A stretch of DNA of 40,713 bases from a virus (lineage: Duplodnaviria > Caudoviricetes): the IMG/VR virus record IMGVR_UViG_3300042924_003438, positions 1-40,713 of that record, one strand, 5' to 3'. Both the position numbers and the translations under genes were made by a program. Shown here piece after piece: positions 1 through 10,216 of the stretch (its first letter is position 1; each line of letters opens with the position of its first letter). The notes under the pieces are model-generated. The model was not told where the DNA came from and did no database searches. It saw nothing but the letters and a program-made list of their open reading frames with translations.

Positions 1-127
1 AGGGCAACTGATATCGAAGTTAACTTTGAAATTACCTATCCAAATAAACCAACCGCCCAGTTATGATAAAATTATTTATAGGCGGGCAAGAAGTAGATTT
101 AAATCAAGATGAAGTCAATGTAACGAT
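1..127. repeat. Terminal overlap, copy 1 (identical to 40587..40713)
   Basis: agggcaactg...gtcaatgtaacgat occurs at both ends; ORF 39444..40652 runs through it into the start of ORF 63. Confidence 0.97.
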
Positions 128-2498
128 TGATTATTCCATTGAAAACATTGAACTTGGTAATATATCGGGTGCGCATTCCAAAAGGAACGTCACCCTTCCA
201 GCAACTAAAACAAACGTAAATATATTCCAAAACATTACCGATGCTGGGGCGATTGTAACCAATGCTTACAAGTTATTGTCAGCAAGATTAGAAGCCGATG
301 GCGTGCCAATACTTACAGGAAAAGCAAGGTTGGAGGGTGCAGATTTACAGGCAATCAATTCGGGTTTTGTTGCGTCCAATTTCAAGGTCTCATTGATTGG
401 TAATAATGCAGATTGGTTTGCGGACGTGGGTAACACATTAGTGAGGGATTTAGGCTGGGACGACATAGAAATAAATACGGCAAATGTAAAAACCAATTAC
501 GACCCGTTAACGTCGGAACATTGCTACATCCTGATGAAATGGAAGGCGTGGGAAAATGAAACATTTATTGTAAACAATGAGTTAACGCCTGCCATTTTCA
601 TTTGGCAAATATTGGAAAAGGCTTTTGCAAACAAAGGGTATCAACTTAATAGCATCTTTAAGACCGATCCTTTTAACCGTTTGATTATTCCAATGGGTTT
701 AAACCTTGATGCTGATTACATTAAAGATTTTGTAAACCTCAGGGCTTCCAACCCTTCGCCTTCAAGTTTTGTTTATTCGGCTGGTGATTACGGGACGGTT
801 GACATTACATTCACGGACGAAACAACGTCACCAAACTTTGACACAGGTGGCAACTATACGGGCGGCGTTTACACCGTGCCAATAAATGCCTTGTATGAAA
901 TAGCAGCTGAGTTAAATGTTACCTTAACGGCTTCTATTGGTGATATAAACCAGTTCGCGGAACTCATTTTGTTCTTTGAGGTTAACGGAAACAATGTTTC
1001 AACGTATGATTTAACCAACGAAACAAGCCTAAATGATTCAATTCTCCTTGAATTTCTTGGCGATTTAGTGGCAAATGATACCGTAAAACTTAGATTGAGG
1101 TACGAAAATGTTACATTTAGTTTAAATATCGCTGGTTCTTTGTCCGTTGTGGCAGAAAAAGAGGGCTTAGAAACAGGCGAAACGGTAAACTTGCAATATA
1201 TTATCCCTATTTCATGGTATGTTAGGGACATTATTAGCGACCTTACAACGGTCTTTAACCTTGCATGGGAGACAGACGTATTAAACCGTCAAGTATATGC
1301 GTATCCAAAAGACGATTATACAATTAGGTATCGGGCAAATAGCACAGGAGCGGCAAGCCTTACAAGTTTTGACGGGTTCTTTAAAGGCTCAAACAAATAC
1401 GATTTAAATACCCGTGACGTTGATGGCTCAGACTTTCAAGTTTTGGACGGGTATAAATCAAGTCAGGTTCTTGCGTATGCCACGGATGACGATACGACGA
1501 ATAAGGAAGAAGAAAGAAGAGGGGTAAACATTTACTCAGGCGGTTACAACTTCCCCCAGGATAGATTTGAAAATGGCATTGAATTTATTTATACAAAGTT
1601 CTTTGCAAAAGCTATTCATATAAACGACGTTGCCATTACCACAGGCGGAACATACGGCGCACAAATGCCATTAGTCTTTGGCGATGATTATAATACGGTC
1701 ACCGATGCCGAACCCAATTATAACTTGGCGCCTCGTTTGCTTTATTACGCTGGAAGGCGAAACGGCTTAGATGGGTATATAAGATTATACGATGAAACGT
1801 CGAGCGCCTCAAGTGCTTTTGATTTTCCTGCCGCCTTCATGGTAAATTACAATGACCCTAGCGGCGCAGATTTTAACTTATCTTTTTCGGATGAGGTTAC
1901 GAATTACACAAACGTAATGCAAGGTGTTTTTAAAACTTTTCATTTGCAGACTTACAAGCGAATAGAACTGGGTAAGGTTTACACGACCTTTGCGAAATGG
2001 AAACCAAAAGATATAACACAGCTTTCATTCAGGCGCAAGGGAATCATTGGTTCATCTAACTTTATAATTCAAAGTTTGGAGTACAATCCAAAATCCAATA
2101 GCCCAGCCAAAACGGTTTTATTATACGACGAAAAACCAAACGAAAACGATTTGACAAAAGTTGTCAACACGATAACACTTGCTGGGGCTTCGCCTCAAAG
2201 TGGAACGGTAACAGGATCGGGAAGCGGCTTAGTCGGAGCAAATGGCGCAACGGTGAACATCCAATTATCTTACACGCCATTCCTTAATTCAATGACAAAT
2301 GTATTGGTACTTGCGCCTAATTCTGGTATCACTCAGGTATCAAATACAAATGCCAATGTACTTGTATTTATGAACGGGCAAAAGTTGATACCAACCGTTC
2401 AATATATTATTGGTGGCTCAACCATTGGAATTAATGTGAATACTCATTATGACGGGGCAAATTATGAAGTAGTTGTAAATGGCGTAACAAAAGGATAA
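63..2498 (+). CDS. Minor tail / tail-tip structural protein
   Basis: 811 aa, beta-rich, between another tail-type protein and the tape measure; N-terminus (LFIGGQEVDL...SKRNVTLPATKTN) resembles Bacteroidota siphophage tail proteins; C-terminal domain shared with the fibre at 12111. Confidence 0.7.
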   Translation: MIKLFIGGQEVDLNQDEVNVTIDYSIENIELGNISGAHSKRNVTLPATKTNVNIFQNITDAGAIVTNAYKLLSARLEADGVPILTGKARLEGADLQAINSGFVASNFKVSLIGNNADWFADVGNTLVRDLGWDDIEINTANVKTNYDPLTSEHCYILMKWKAWENETFIVNNELTPAIFIWQILEKAFANKGYQLNSIFKTDPFNRLIIPMGLNLDADYIKDFVNLRASNPSPSSFVYSAGDYGTVDITFTDETTSPNFDTGGNYTGGVYTVPINALYEIAAELNVTLTASIGDINQFAELILFFEVNGNNVSTYDLTNETSLNDSILLEFLGDLVANDTVKLRLRYENVTFSLNIAGSLSVVAEKEGLETGETVNLQYIIPISWYVRDIISDLTTVFNLAWETDVLNRQVYAYPKDDYTIRYRANSTGAASLTSFDGFFKGSNKYDLNTRDVDGSDFQVLDGYKSSQVLAYATDDDTTNKEEERRGVNIYSGGYNFPQDRFENGIEFIYTKFFAKAIHINDVAITTGGTYGAQMPLVFGDDYNTVTDAEPNYNLAPRLLYYAGRRNGLDGYIRLYDETSSASSAFDFPAAFMVNYNDPSGADFNLSFSDEVTNYTNVMQGVFKTFHLQTYKRIELGKVYTTFAKWKPKDITQLSFRRKGIIGSSNFIIQSLEYNPKSNSPAKTVLLYDEKPNENDLTKVVNTITLAGASPQSGTVTGSGSGLVGANGATVNIQLSYTPFLNSMTNVLVLAPNSGITQVSNTNANVLVFMNGQKLIPTVQYIIGGSTIGINVNTHYDGANYEVVVNGVTKG

Positions 2499-2500
2499 TC

Positions 2501-5500
2501 ATGGCAGAAAAGGTAATAGGTTTTAAAATCCAGATAGAAGGTTTAGCTGGAACAATCGAAACGGCAACGCAATTAAAAAGGCAAATCGCCGATATAAATG
2601 CCGAGTTAAAAAAGACGGCGGACGTTGACGAAATTAAGAAACTTGAAAAAAAGTTAGTTGATTTAAAAGCGGCTCAGTCACTTGTCAACGATGTGACACG
2701 GGAGCAAGTTAAATTAAGGAAGGAAGAAATAGCGGGGATTGACAAGTCACAGGGTGCTTACCGAAAGTTAAGCAAGGAATTGAACGACCAGCGCAATCGA
2801 TACAAGGATTTAGCAGCCGCCGAACAGGAATCAAGTCAGGAGGCACGGGACTTATTGGTTTCTATTGGTGCTTTAGACAAAAGATTAAAGGGAATTGACG
2901 CCACGGTTGGACAATTTCAAAGGAACGTCGGCGGTTACACTCAAGCATTAGGTCAATTTTTCCCTAAACTTGGTGGAACTATTGGGAATGTTACAGGATT
3001 AGTTGGAGATTTATCAAGTGGATTTGCAAATCTTAAAGGTATTTCTGGAGGAATACCAAAAGGGTTGGGAGCAATCGGTATCGCATTAACTGCTTTTCAA
3101 GGCATAACATCTATATTTAGCGAATTAACAGCATCAGCAAATGAGTTAAAAAGTGTCAGTAATAATATATCTAATTTTGTTCAAGTAACCGATGAGCAAT
3201 TAACAAGTTTAGCCGTTAAAACTCAAACTATTGCTGAGACATACGGCAAAGATGTAAATGAAATATCAAGAGCAGCAAACACGGTTTCAAAAGAATTAAA
3301 CGTATCTTTTTCTGAAGCATTGGATAATATTGAAATTGGATTTAGAAAGGGAGCAGACGCAAATAATGAATTTTTAGATAACCTTCGTGAATACCCAGCG
3401 CAATTTGCAGCAGCTGGTCTAAGTATAAAAGAATATTTAGCGATTGCTATTGCAGCGACAAATCAAGGCATTTATTCAGACAAAGGATTAGATGTTGTCA
3501 AGGAGTTTGGATTAAGAATAAGGGAACAAACCAAAACAACCAAAGAAGCATTAATTGATGCTTTTGGAGAAGATTTTTCTAATTCTATATTTAATTCTTT
3601 AAATGACGGTTCAATATCAACGGCTGACGCTTTGGCTCGGATTACCGAACAAATGGGCAAAACGGGAATATCAGGTAATAAATTACAAACGGTAATTGCT
3701 GACGTATTTGGGGCAGCTGGTGAAGATGCTGGTTTAAAATTTATATTATCATTAAAAGATGTAATTAAAAACTCAGCAGATGTTGACAAGAATTTAACGA
3801 AGCAACAAGAAAGTTCAGACGAATTGTATAAAACAAACTTGCAATTAGCAGAAAGTCAGGCTAAAGCAAGTTTAGCTATTGCAGATACTTCTAAAAGTTT
3901 AAGTTTAGCAACTAAACAAGTAAGAATATATTTTAATGAAGTTATAGCTTCGGTTTTTGCAGCCAATGATGCAATAGACAAAGCATCGCCAAAACTTGGG
4001 TCGGTTGCAAGTATGAGTTTTGGAAGTACAACTTTAGCAAGTATTGAAAGCAATATTAAACAAAGTGAAAGATTTGTTAAAGGCATAGAAGATGAGAGAA
4101 AAAAGAAAGAAAATGAAGCTGCAATTGCAAAGCAAAAAGAATTAGATAAAAATAAAAAAGCTCAGGAAGATTTTAAAAAGGCACAACTTGAAAGAATTGC
4201 TTTGTTAAAAACAGAGGGAGGCATTGAAGCCGAACTATCAAAATTAAAAGATAAAAGAAAAACTTTAGATTTTGATTCAAAGCAATTTAAACAAATTGAA
4301 ATTGATATTAAAAAACTTGAAAAAGATTTAGAAAAATTTAACCCAAAAATATCAGGAGGCAAAGGAGCAGAAAAGTTTGTTGAAGGTTTTACCGAAGGCT
4401 CAATCGCTGCCTTGGAAAACAAGCGAAGCGAATTACAGAGCGCATTTTCCAACGCCGTGGTTGGTTCTGGAACGCAAAAGGAAATAGCGGTAAAATTAAA
4501 CGAGGTCAACGCCCAGATTAAAACGGCGGTTGAAACTCAAAACATAATACTTGGACTCAATGCGGAAAAGAAAAAGCAAGATGCTATTCAAGAAATTAAC
4601 CAAAATTTTAAAGTTGCCCAGTCTGTCATTGAACTTGAAAGAATTAAACAAGATTCTTCAATAAATGAAATTGAGGATATTAAAGAAAAGCGTTTTATTC
4701 TTAATGATGATTATAACGCAGAAATACAAAGAATTGATGCTTTAATAGCTCTTGAAGAATCAGGTTCAAAACAAATTGAAAACCTTTTAATTGAACGCAG
4801 AGCGGCTGAGGCAAATTACATTAAAGGCAAAGAAGGATTAGAAAAGCAAGAGAAAGGAATCAATGACAAAAGGGTTGCGGCTGAAAAAAGTTTTAACGAT
4901 AGGATTAAAAAGTTACAAATTGATGCAATAAAAGATAATCAAGAAAGGGAAATTGCAGCCGCAAAACAAAAAGGAGAAGATGATTTGGCAAATCTTAATA
5001 AAGAATTAGATGAAATTTTTGCATCGGAAACAGAAAAGGCAAGGTTAAGAAAGTTATTAACTGATAAAACAGAAAAAGAAATAAAAGATATTGAGGATAA
5101 ATATAAAAAGGCAAAAGATGAGGATGACGAGGACAAAAGGCGTAAATTAAGAGAAGCTATTGCAAATGGAATTAGTGAAATAATAAATTTTGTTGGTGTT
5201 TTACAGAAAAATGCAAACGATAAGGCATCTCAAATAATAAGTGAAAATATTGAGAAAACTCAATCAAATATTGAGGAACTTGAAGCCAGAGCAGACAAGG
5301 CATCAGGAATAAGAAAGAAAAGAATTGAAAAGGATATTGCGGCTCAAAAATTATTACTTGAGCAACAACAAGCCGAAGCCGAAGCGCTAAGGATTAAAAA
5401 TGCAAAAGAAGAAAAACGCATTGCAATTATTCAAGCAATTATTCAAGGTGCTTTAGCTGTATCCAGAGCGTTGTCAAGTGCGCCAATACCAATTAACTTT

Positions 5501-5950
5501 ATAAACGCCGCCGCAGTTGGTATTGCAACAGGCGCACAAATAGCAACAATAGCCGCCCAGCCTCTTGCCGAAGGTGGCGTAGTGACTGGTGAAAGAATAA
5601 ACCGTAAACAAAATATTCCCACGCGTTCAAACGGTGACAACGTACTTGCGTATGTTAAACGTGGTGAGGTTGTATTGAACCAACGGCAACAAAGTTTATT
5701 AGGCGGTTCACCAACCTTTAGACGAATTGGTATAAAAGGTTTTGCCGATGGTGGTTTAGTGCCGCCAATTTCTGCACCGATACAAGCCATATCAGGTAAC
5801 AATGATTTAAGCAACTTTTTACAAGTCATTGAGGCAAAGACCGACGCAATTAATAATCGCATTGACAGGCTTCAAGCTTACGTCGTTTCCGATGACATTG
5901 CAAGGGATTTAGCTGAGGGAAATAAGCTAAAAGTAAAAGCAACTTTATAA
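2501..5950 (+). CDS. Tail tape measure protein
   Basis: 1149 aa, largely helical/coiled-coil, Ala/Lys/Glu-rich; RNVGGY motif, central minor-tail-like segment (LREYPAQF...DVFGAAGEDAG), C-terminal LAEGGVV/GEVVLN/FADGG motifs. Confidence 0.9.
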   Translation: MAEKVIGFKIQIEGLAGTIETATQLKRQIADINAELKKTADVDEIKKLEKKLVDLKAAQSLVNDVTREQVKLRKEEIAGIDKSQGAYRKLSKELNDQRNRYKDLAAAEQESSQEARDLLVSIGALDKRLKGIDATVGQFQRNVGGYTQALGQFFPKLGGTIGNVTGLVGDLSSGFANLKGISGGIPKGLGAIGIALTAFQGITSIFSELTASANELKSVSNNISNFVQVTDEQLTSLAVKTQTIAETYGKDVNEISRAANTVSKELNVSFSEALDNIEIGFRKGADANNEFLDNLREYPAQFAAAGLSIKEYLAIAIAATNQGIYSDKGLDVVKEFGLRIREQTKTTKEALIDAFGEDFSNSIFNSLNDGSISTADALARITEQMGKTGISGNKLQTVIADVFGAAGEDAGLKFILSLKDVIKNSADVDKNLTKQQESSDELYKTNLQLAESQAKASLAIADTSKSLSLATKQVRIYFNEVIASVFAANDAIDKASPKLGSVASMSFGSTTLASIESNIKQSERFVKGIEDERKKKENEAAIAKQKELDKNKKAQEDFKKAQLERIALLKTEGGIEAELSKLKDKRKTLDFDSKQFKQIEIDIKKLEKDLEKFNPKISGGKGAEKFVEGFTEGSIAALENKRSELQSAFSNAVVGSGTQKEIAVKLNEVNAQIKTAVETQNIILGLNAEKKKQDAIQEINQNFKVAQSVIELERIKQDSSINEIEDIKEKRFILNDDYNAEIQRIDALIALEESGSKQIENLLIERRAAEANYIKGKEGLEKQEKGINDKRVAAEKSFNDRIKKLQIDAIKDNQEREIAAAKQKGEDDLANLNKELDEIFASETEKARLRKLLTDKTEKEIKDIEDKYKKAKDEDDEDKRRKLREAIANGISEIINFVGVLQKNANDKASQIISENIEKTQSNIEELEARADKASGIRKKRIEKDIAAQKLLLEQQQAEAEALRIKNAKEEKRIAIIQAIIQGALAVSRALSSAPIPINFINAAAVGIATGAQIATIAAQPLAEGGVVTGERINRKQNIPTRSNGDNVLAYVKRGEVVLNQRQQSLLGGSPTFRRIGIKGFADGGLVPPISAPIQAISGNNDLSNFLQVIEAKTDAINNRIDRLQAYVVSDDIARDLAEGNKLKVKATL

Positions 5951-6217
5951 ATGTGTAATTGTATGAAGGTAGATTCAATTTGGGGTGAACTTGCAAGCCG
6001 CATACCCGATGAATATAAGACGCAAGTCATGGCAACGGTTGACAGAACTTACCGTGTTTTATCCATTGACCCGTCGGATATGGATTATTTATTTCAGATT
6101 TATAACAACTTTGTCAACCATTACGAGCCTGAGCGAAGGAATTGCCCAGCGTGTCGGACAAAAGTAGTGGGTAAAATGAGGCAAATAGTACAATTTTGGA
6201 GAGATGGAAACCAATAA
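5951..6217 (+). CDS. Hypothetical protein with Cys motifs (MCNC; CPAC), possibly zinc-binding
   Basis: ORF abuts the tape measure stop; CxC and CxxC motifs. Confidence 0.6.
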   Translation: MCNCMKVDSIWGELASRIPDEYKTQVMATVDRTYRVLSIDPSDMDYLFQIYNNFVNHYEPERRNCPACRTKVVGKMRQIVQFWRDGNQ

Positions 6218-6557
6218 AAGGGAGATAGACAAGCATTTATTAACCGAGTTTACAGATAGTGTTTTGCATCGTTATAAAACATTATGCGAAAAGGAAGGAA
6301 TAACGCCAGACTTTTATACCCTTATTGACTTTTTATTCCAAACCAACATTATAAAAGATTTGACGATAGCAAAGTTCATGGTCATGGAATTATATCCAGC
6401 CGCCTTGTTTGAAAATGAAAGTAAGATGAACGCTATCATGGATATTAGTATACAAACTGGACTTAGTGAAAAAACCGTGTATAACATGATACAACATCCT
6501 GAGTCGTTTGGCTATGGAATCAGCAAAAAAAGGAATAAGAAAAATAATAATAAATAA
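6204..6557 (+). CDS. Hypothetical protein with C-terminal helix-turn-helix-like motif (possible regulator)
   Basis: IMDISIQTGLSEKTVYNMI resembles an HTH. Confidence 0.5.
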   Translation: METNKREIDKHLLTEFTDSVLHRYKTLCEKEGITPDFYTLIDFLFQTNIIKDLTIAKFMVMELYPAALFENESKMNAIMDISIQTGLSEKTVYNMIQHPESFGYGISKKRNKKNNNK

Positions 6558-6562
6558 ATTTA
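6555..6562 (+). promoter_or_regulatory. Putative Bacteroidota-type -7 element (TAAATTTA variant) for the head operon
   Basis: TAAATTTAC at 6555-6563, the same variant as in the - strand cassettes; ATG at 6567. Confidence 0.4.
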
Positions 6563-6566
6563 CCAC

Positions 6567-7952
6567 ATGACATACGCTGATTATCCAGACACGGCAAAAA
6601 ATAACGCAAGGCGCGCACTTGACCATAAGAAAAATGGTTCAAATTGTGGAACGCGTGTCGGCTGGTTAAGGGCTAACCAAATCGCAAACGGCGAGGGCTT
6701 GTCGGAAGATACTGTCCAAAGAACGTATTCTTTTCTTTCCCGTGCGGAAACGTATGACCAAGGAAAATACTTTGATGAAGATGGAAAGGAAATATGCGGT
6801 TCAATAATGTATGATGCCTGGGGCGGAAGTGCGATGAGGGATTGGGCTGAAGCAAAGTTTAAAAAAATTGAAAGAGAAAAGGAAACCAAAGCGATGGCAA
6901 AATATAATATTGATATTTTAGGGGAAATTTCGGAATCTGTTAATTCATACAATTCGGTAAGAAGTAAAATTAACGACGCAAACGGTGAGGAAATTAATTT
7001 AGTTATTTCGTCTGGTGGTGGCTCAGTCACCGAAGGAATGGGAATAGCTGATTTAATTGCCAACTACCCAAACGAAACAACGGCAACAGGAATCGGCTTG
7101 GTAGCAAGCATTGCAACGGTTGTACTGTTGTCGGCGGATAATGTCAAAATGACGGAAAACGCCTTCATGATGATTCACCGACCTTGGAGTTACACGATGG
7201 GTAACGCCGACGAACTTGAGGCAACGGCTGAATTGTTAGACAAGATGGAGGCAAAGCTACTTGACATTTATTCGGCGGCGGTTTATAAGCGTAAAGGATA
7301 CCAGAATAACCTTAATGAAAATATTACTAAGATGATGGCAGCCGAAACATGGTTGACCGCGCAGGAAGCATTAGAGTTTGGTTTCATTGATGAAATTGTA
7401 AAAGTTGGCGAAAAAAATATTGATTTATTACCGTTGCAAAATAGCCTAAACAAATTTCTAAATGTTCCAGCTGCATTATTAACCAACAACAAAAAAAATG
7501 ATGACATGGGTAATTCCATTTTAGAAAAAATCAAATCGCTTTTAAATAATATGGACGATAAAGAAAATATCGAAAATGTTATGCAAGAAGAAGAGGAGAT
7601 GAAAAAAGACGAGCCAAAGAACGACGAGGTTGGCGATGCCATTCAAATGTTAAAAGACAATGGCTACTTTGTAATGAGTCCCGAAGAAATGGAGGCAATT
7701 CATTCAAAGCAAAAAGAGGAAATGGAATCGATGTACAAGAAGACCGATGAACAAAAGAACTCGATTAATGAAATTGAAACGGTTTTGGAAACATTGGGAA
7801 AAGAATTAGTAGCCCTTAGGGCACAAGTAAAAAAAGGCATTGGACTTCCTTCGGGCGGAACAACGGCTGAAAAGATTATTGAAACAAAAGCAAAATCGAG
7901 TCACTTTGATTCTTTTGCTTCATTAGTTAAATCTAAAATTTCACAAAGATAA
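6567..7952 (+). CDS. ClpP-like prohead maturation protease with N-terminal extra domain and C-terminal scaffold-like coiled coil
   Basis: ISSGGGSV, ASIA (Ser), MIHRPW (His), ETWLTAQEALEFGFIDEI motifs; acidic coiled-coil C-terminus; upstream of capsid. Confidence 0.9.
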   Translation: MTYADYPDTAKNNARRALDHKKNGSNCGTRVGWLRANQIANGEGLSEDTVQRTYSFLSRAETYDQGKYFDEDGKEICGSIMYDAWGGSAMRDWAEAKFKKIEREKETKAMAKYNIDILGEISESVNSYNSVRSKINDANGEEINLVISSGGGSVTEGMGIADLIANYPNETTATGIGLVASIATVVLLSADNVKMTENAFMMIHRPWSYTMGNADELEATAELLDKMEAKLLDIYSAAVYKRKGYQNNLNENITKMMAAETWLTAQEALEFGFIDEIVKVGEKNIDLLPLQNSLNKFLNVPAALLTNNKKNDDMGNSILEKIKSLLNNMDDKENIENVMQEEEEMKKDEPKNDEVGDAIQMLKDNGYFVMSPEEMEAIHSKQKEEMESMYKKTDEQKNSINEIETVLETLGKELVALRAQVKKGIGLPSGGTTAEKIIETKAKSSHFDSFASLVKSKISQR

Positions 7953-8425
7953 TGGCATTCAATCCAACCGCCCAGAATGAGAATGGCTTTTTACAATCCA
8001 ATACTTACATTGGAAAAAATAGCCTTAATCGAACAAACCCCTATGCAAATGTTGACGGCTTAAACGCTGAACAACTTTACGGGGTTGATACCTATGAAGA
8101 CCGTATTCCAGTATCGTTTAGTTGGCATATTGCCTCAGCTGGTGACAGAACTACGGTTACACCTATATACGGTGTTACAAGTGCTTCCAATTATTTAAAG
8201 TTCAACTTGATTGACGAAAGTGGTAATGAGGCTTACGGCACTTGGATTTCAAGCGCACCTTCAGCAGCCTTTAACATTACAACAACGGCGTTAAACACGG
8301 CGAACGATTGGAAGGCTTTCTTTGCTACGTCTAAGGCTGATGCAAAGACCGAGTTCTCATTTAAAATTGAATCAGCAGCGGTGTTAACAAACACGACTGC
8401 GACAATTACTTACGCAAACCTTTAA
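7952..8425 (+). CDS. Putative head decoration/structural protein
   Basis: Between protease and capsid; Ala/Thr/Ser-rich beta protein. Confidence 0.5.
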   Translation: MAFNPTAQNENGFLQSNTYIGKNSLNRTNPYANVDGLNAEQLYGVDTYEDRIPVSFSWHIASAGDRTTVTPIYGVTSASNYLKFNLIDESGNEAYGTWISSAPSAAFNITTTALNTANDWKAFFATSKADAKTEFSFKIESAAVLTNTTATITYANL

Positions 8426-8437
8426 AATTAAAAACAA

Positions 8438-9421
8438 ATGGCATTAGTTGAAATAAGCCAACTTGACGTATCCTTTAGAGGTACAGAGGCAAACAATATA
8501 TTTTTAGAGCCTGTCTTTTTTGACGATGATTTACGCGGTCAATTCCGTGTACTTGGCAATGTCGCAAATAAAAAGAAAATGGTATTTGTCCAAGACCTTG
8601 AGAATATTGTAAGAAAATATTCTGGTTGCGGATTTAATCCAGTTGGCTCGGTTGACATTTATCAGCGTACAATCGACGTTGAAAAAATGAAAGTTGACCT
8701 TGAAATGTGCTGGGACGAATTTGAAGACACCGTTTTTGAGGAGTTATTGAAAACAGGCACAAGGCTTCCAGATGTTTCGGGAACATTGATTGAAAATATC
8801 TTATTGACCCGTACACAACAGGCAATAAGAAATGACATTACCCGTCTTTCTTATTTTGGTAATCAGGCTTCTAACAATCCTAACTACGATTCATTGGATG
8901 GATTTTGGACTGTTTATTACCCTCAGTTAGTTGCAGACGATTTGATTCCAAGAACCAATACAGGCTCAGGCTCTGACCTTGTAGCTGGTGATGGCTTCGC
9001 GATTCTTCGTGCAATCTACGACCAAGCACCTTTGCAGTTAAAAGGTTTACCCGCTAACCAAAAGGTGTTTAATGTAACTGGGTCTGTTTATTCGCAGCTT
9101 CGTGAAGATATCGAAGAAGGCGGCGGCGGTGATTACGGTTTATTGCAGTTGATTAATGGGGTTGAGCAATTTACCTTCCGTGGTGTGCCTGTTGTAGCTC
9201 AATGGAGATGGGATGACATCGCAACATCTTTGGGAACAACCAAGCCTCATTATGTCGAATATACAACGCCACAAAATAAGGTTATTGCAACCGACGTGTT
9301 AAGCCCTGAGACGGCTTTGGAACTTTGGTATGACCAGAAGGACGAAAAGGTGTATATTAAGGCTCGTTTCAAGATGGGTGTTAATTACATTCACCATTCA
9401 TTAATCAGCGTAGGCTACTAA
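8438..9421 (+). CDS. Major capsid protein
   Basis: 327 aa downstream of the protease; CGFNPVG...MKVDLEMC and C-terminal VYIKARFKMGVNY resemble HK97-fold capsids of Bacteroidota phages. Confidence 0.85.
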   Translation: MALVEISQLDVSFRGTEANNIFLEPVFFDDDLRGQFRVLGNVANKKKMVFVQDLENIVRKYSGCGFNPVGSVDIYQRTIDVEKMKVDLEMCWDEFEDTVFEELLKTGTRLPDVSGTLIENILLTRTQQAIRNDITRLSYFGNQASNNPNYDSLDGFWTVYYPQLVADDLIPRTNTGSGSDLVAGDGFAILRAIYDQAPLQLKGLPANQKVFNVTGSVYSQLREDIEEGGGGDYGLLQLINGVEQFTFRGVPVVAQWRWDDIATSLGTTKPHYVEYTTPQNKVIATDVLSPETALELWYDQKDEKVYIKARFKMGVNYIHHSLISVGY

Positions 9422-9432
9422 TACAAGAATCA

Positions 9433-9981
9433 ATGAGTAGTATAACAAGCGGATGGCTTAACCAATGTGTCGATGGAACTTGCGCGGGCGGTATTGGTAA
9501 ACTTTATATCGCTAATGCGAATCAAGTTACTGGTTTTACTGCTAATTCAAGTGCAGCGGTTACAGCGATTACAATGTCATCAACTGCCTCAGTATTTTAC
9601 GAGGTAGAATTTAGGGACAATTCGGGAGCATTTACGGAAACGGTAACGCAAGACCCAGATACTTTGTCGGTTGCAGTTGAGCAAAGTTTGGTAGGAATAA
9701 TCAACTGCCGTGACCAAGAGTTAAGAAACTTAATTCAAGACATGGCGGGACAAGCTTGCGGATTGGTTTGTGTTCACGTTGAAAATACGGGTAATTATTG
9801 GATTTGGGGTGCGGAAACGATTGGCGCAAAGAAAAGACCAGCAAGGCTAACAAGCGCTGAAGGTTTATCTGGTGCTTTGTTTACCGATTCAAATCAGGAA
9901 ACATTAACCATAACTTGCCGTACTACAAACAAAGCAAGATTCATAGTTGACGGTGCAACCGTAATGGGAGCGCTTGATTAA
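9433..9981 (+). CDS. Putative major tail tube protein
   Basis: 182 aa; C..GGIGKLYIAN N-terminus and VENTGNYWIWG motif typical of the structural protein following the capsid in Bacteroidota siphophages. Confidence 0.6.
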   Translation: MSSITSGWLNQCVDGTCAGGIGKLYIANANQVTGFTANSSAAVTAITMSSTASVFYEVEFRDNSGAFTETVTQDPDTLSVAVEQSLVGIINCRDQELRNLIQDMAGQACGLVCVHVENTGNYWIWGAETIGAKKRPARLTSAEGLSGALFTDSNQETLTITCRTTNKARFIVDGATVMGALD

Positions 9982-9991
9982 AACATGAAAT

Positions 9992-10216
9992 ATGATAGTC
10001 AGGGAAAAAAGTAAGTTGATGATTTACGTCGGGGCTGACCCAACGGGAAAGGCGGGAATACTAAAGAAGGCTATCGGAAATTTTACACAGGCAGAATTAA
10101 GGGGTTGGTATAATGCCAACCCCACATCTGTTAGCCAACACGTCATTTATACGCCTGAGAAAAAAACCTATGAGCCAAATAAAGAAGACGATTCAAGCAG
10201 TACCGAACAGGGCTAA
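9992..10216 (+). CDS. Hypothetical protein
   Basis: 74 aa ORF with A-rich upstream region in the structural operon. Confidence 0.55.
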   Translation: MIVREKSKLMIYVGADPTGKAGILKKAIGNFTQAELRGWYNANPTSVSQHVIYTPEKKTYEPNKEDDSSSTEQG

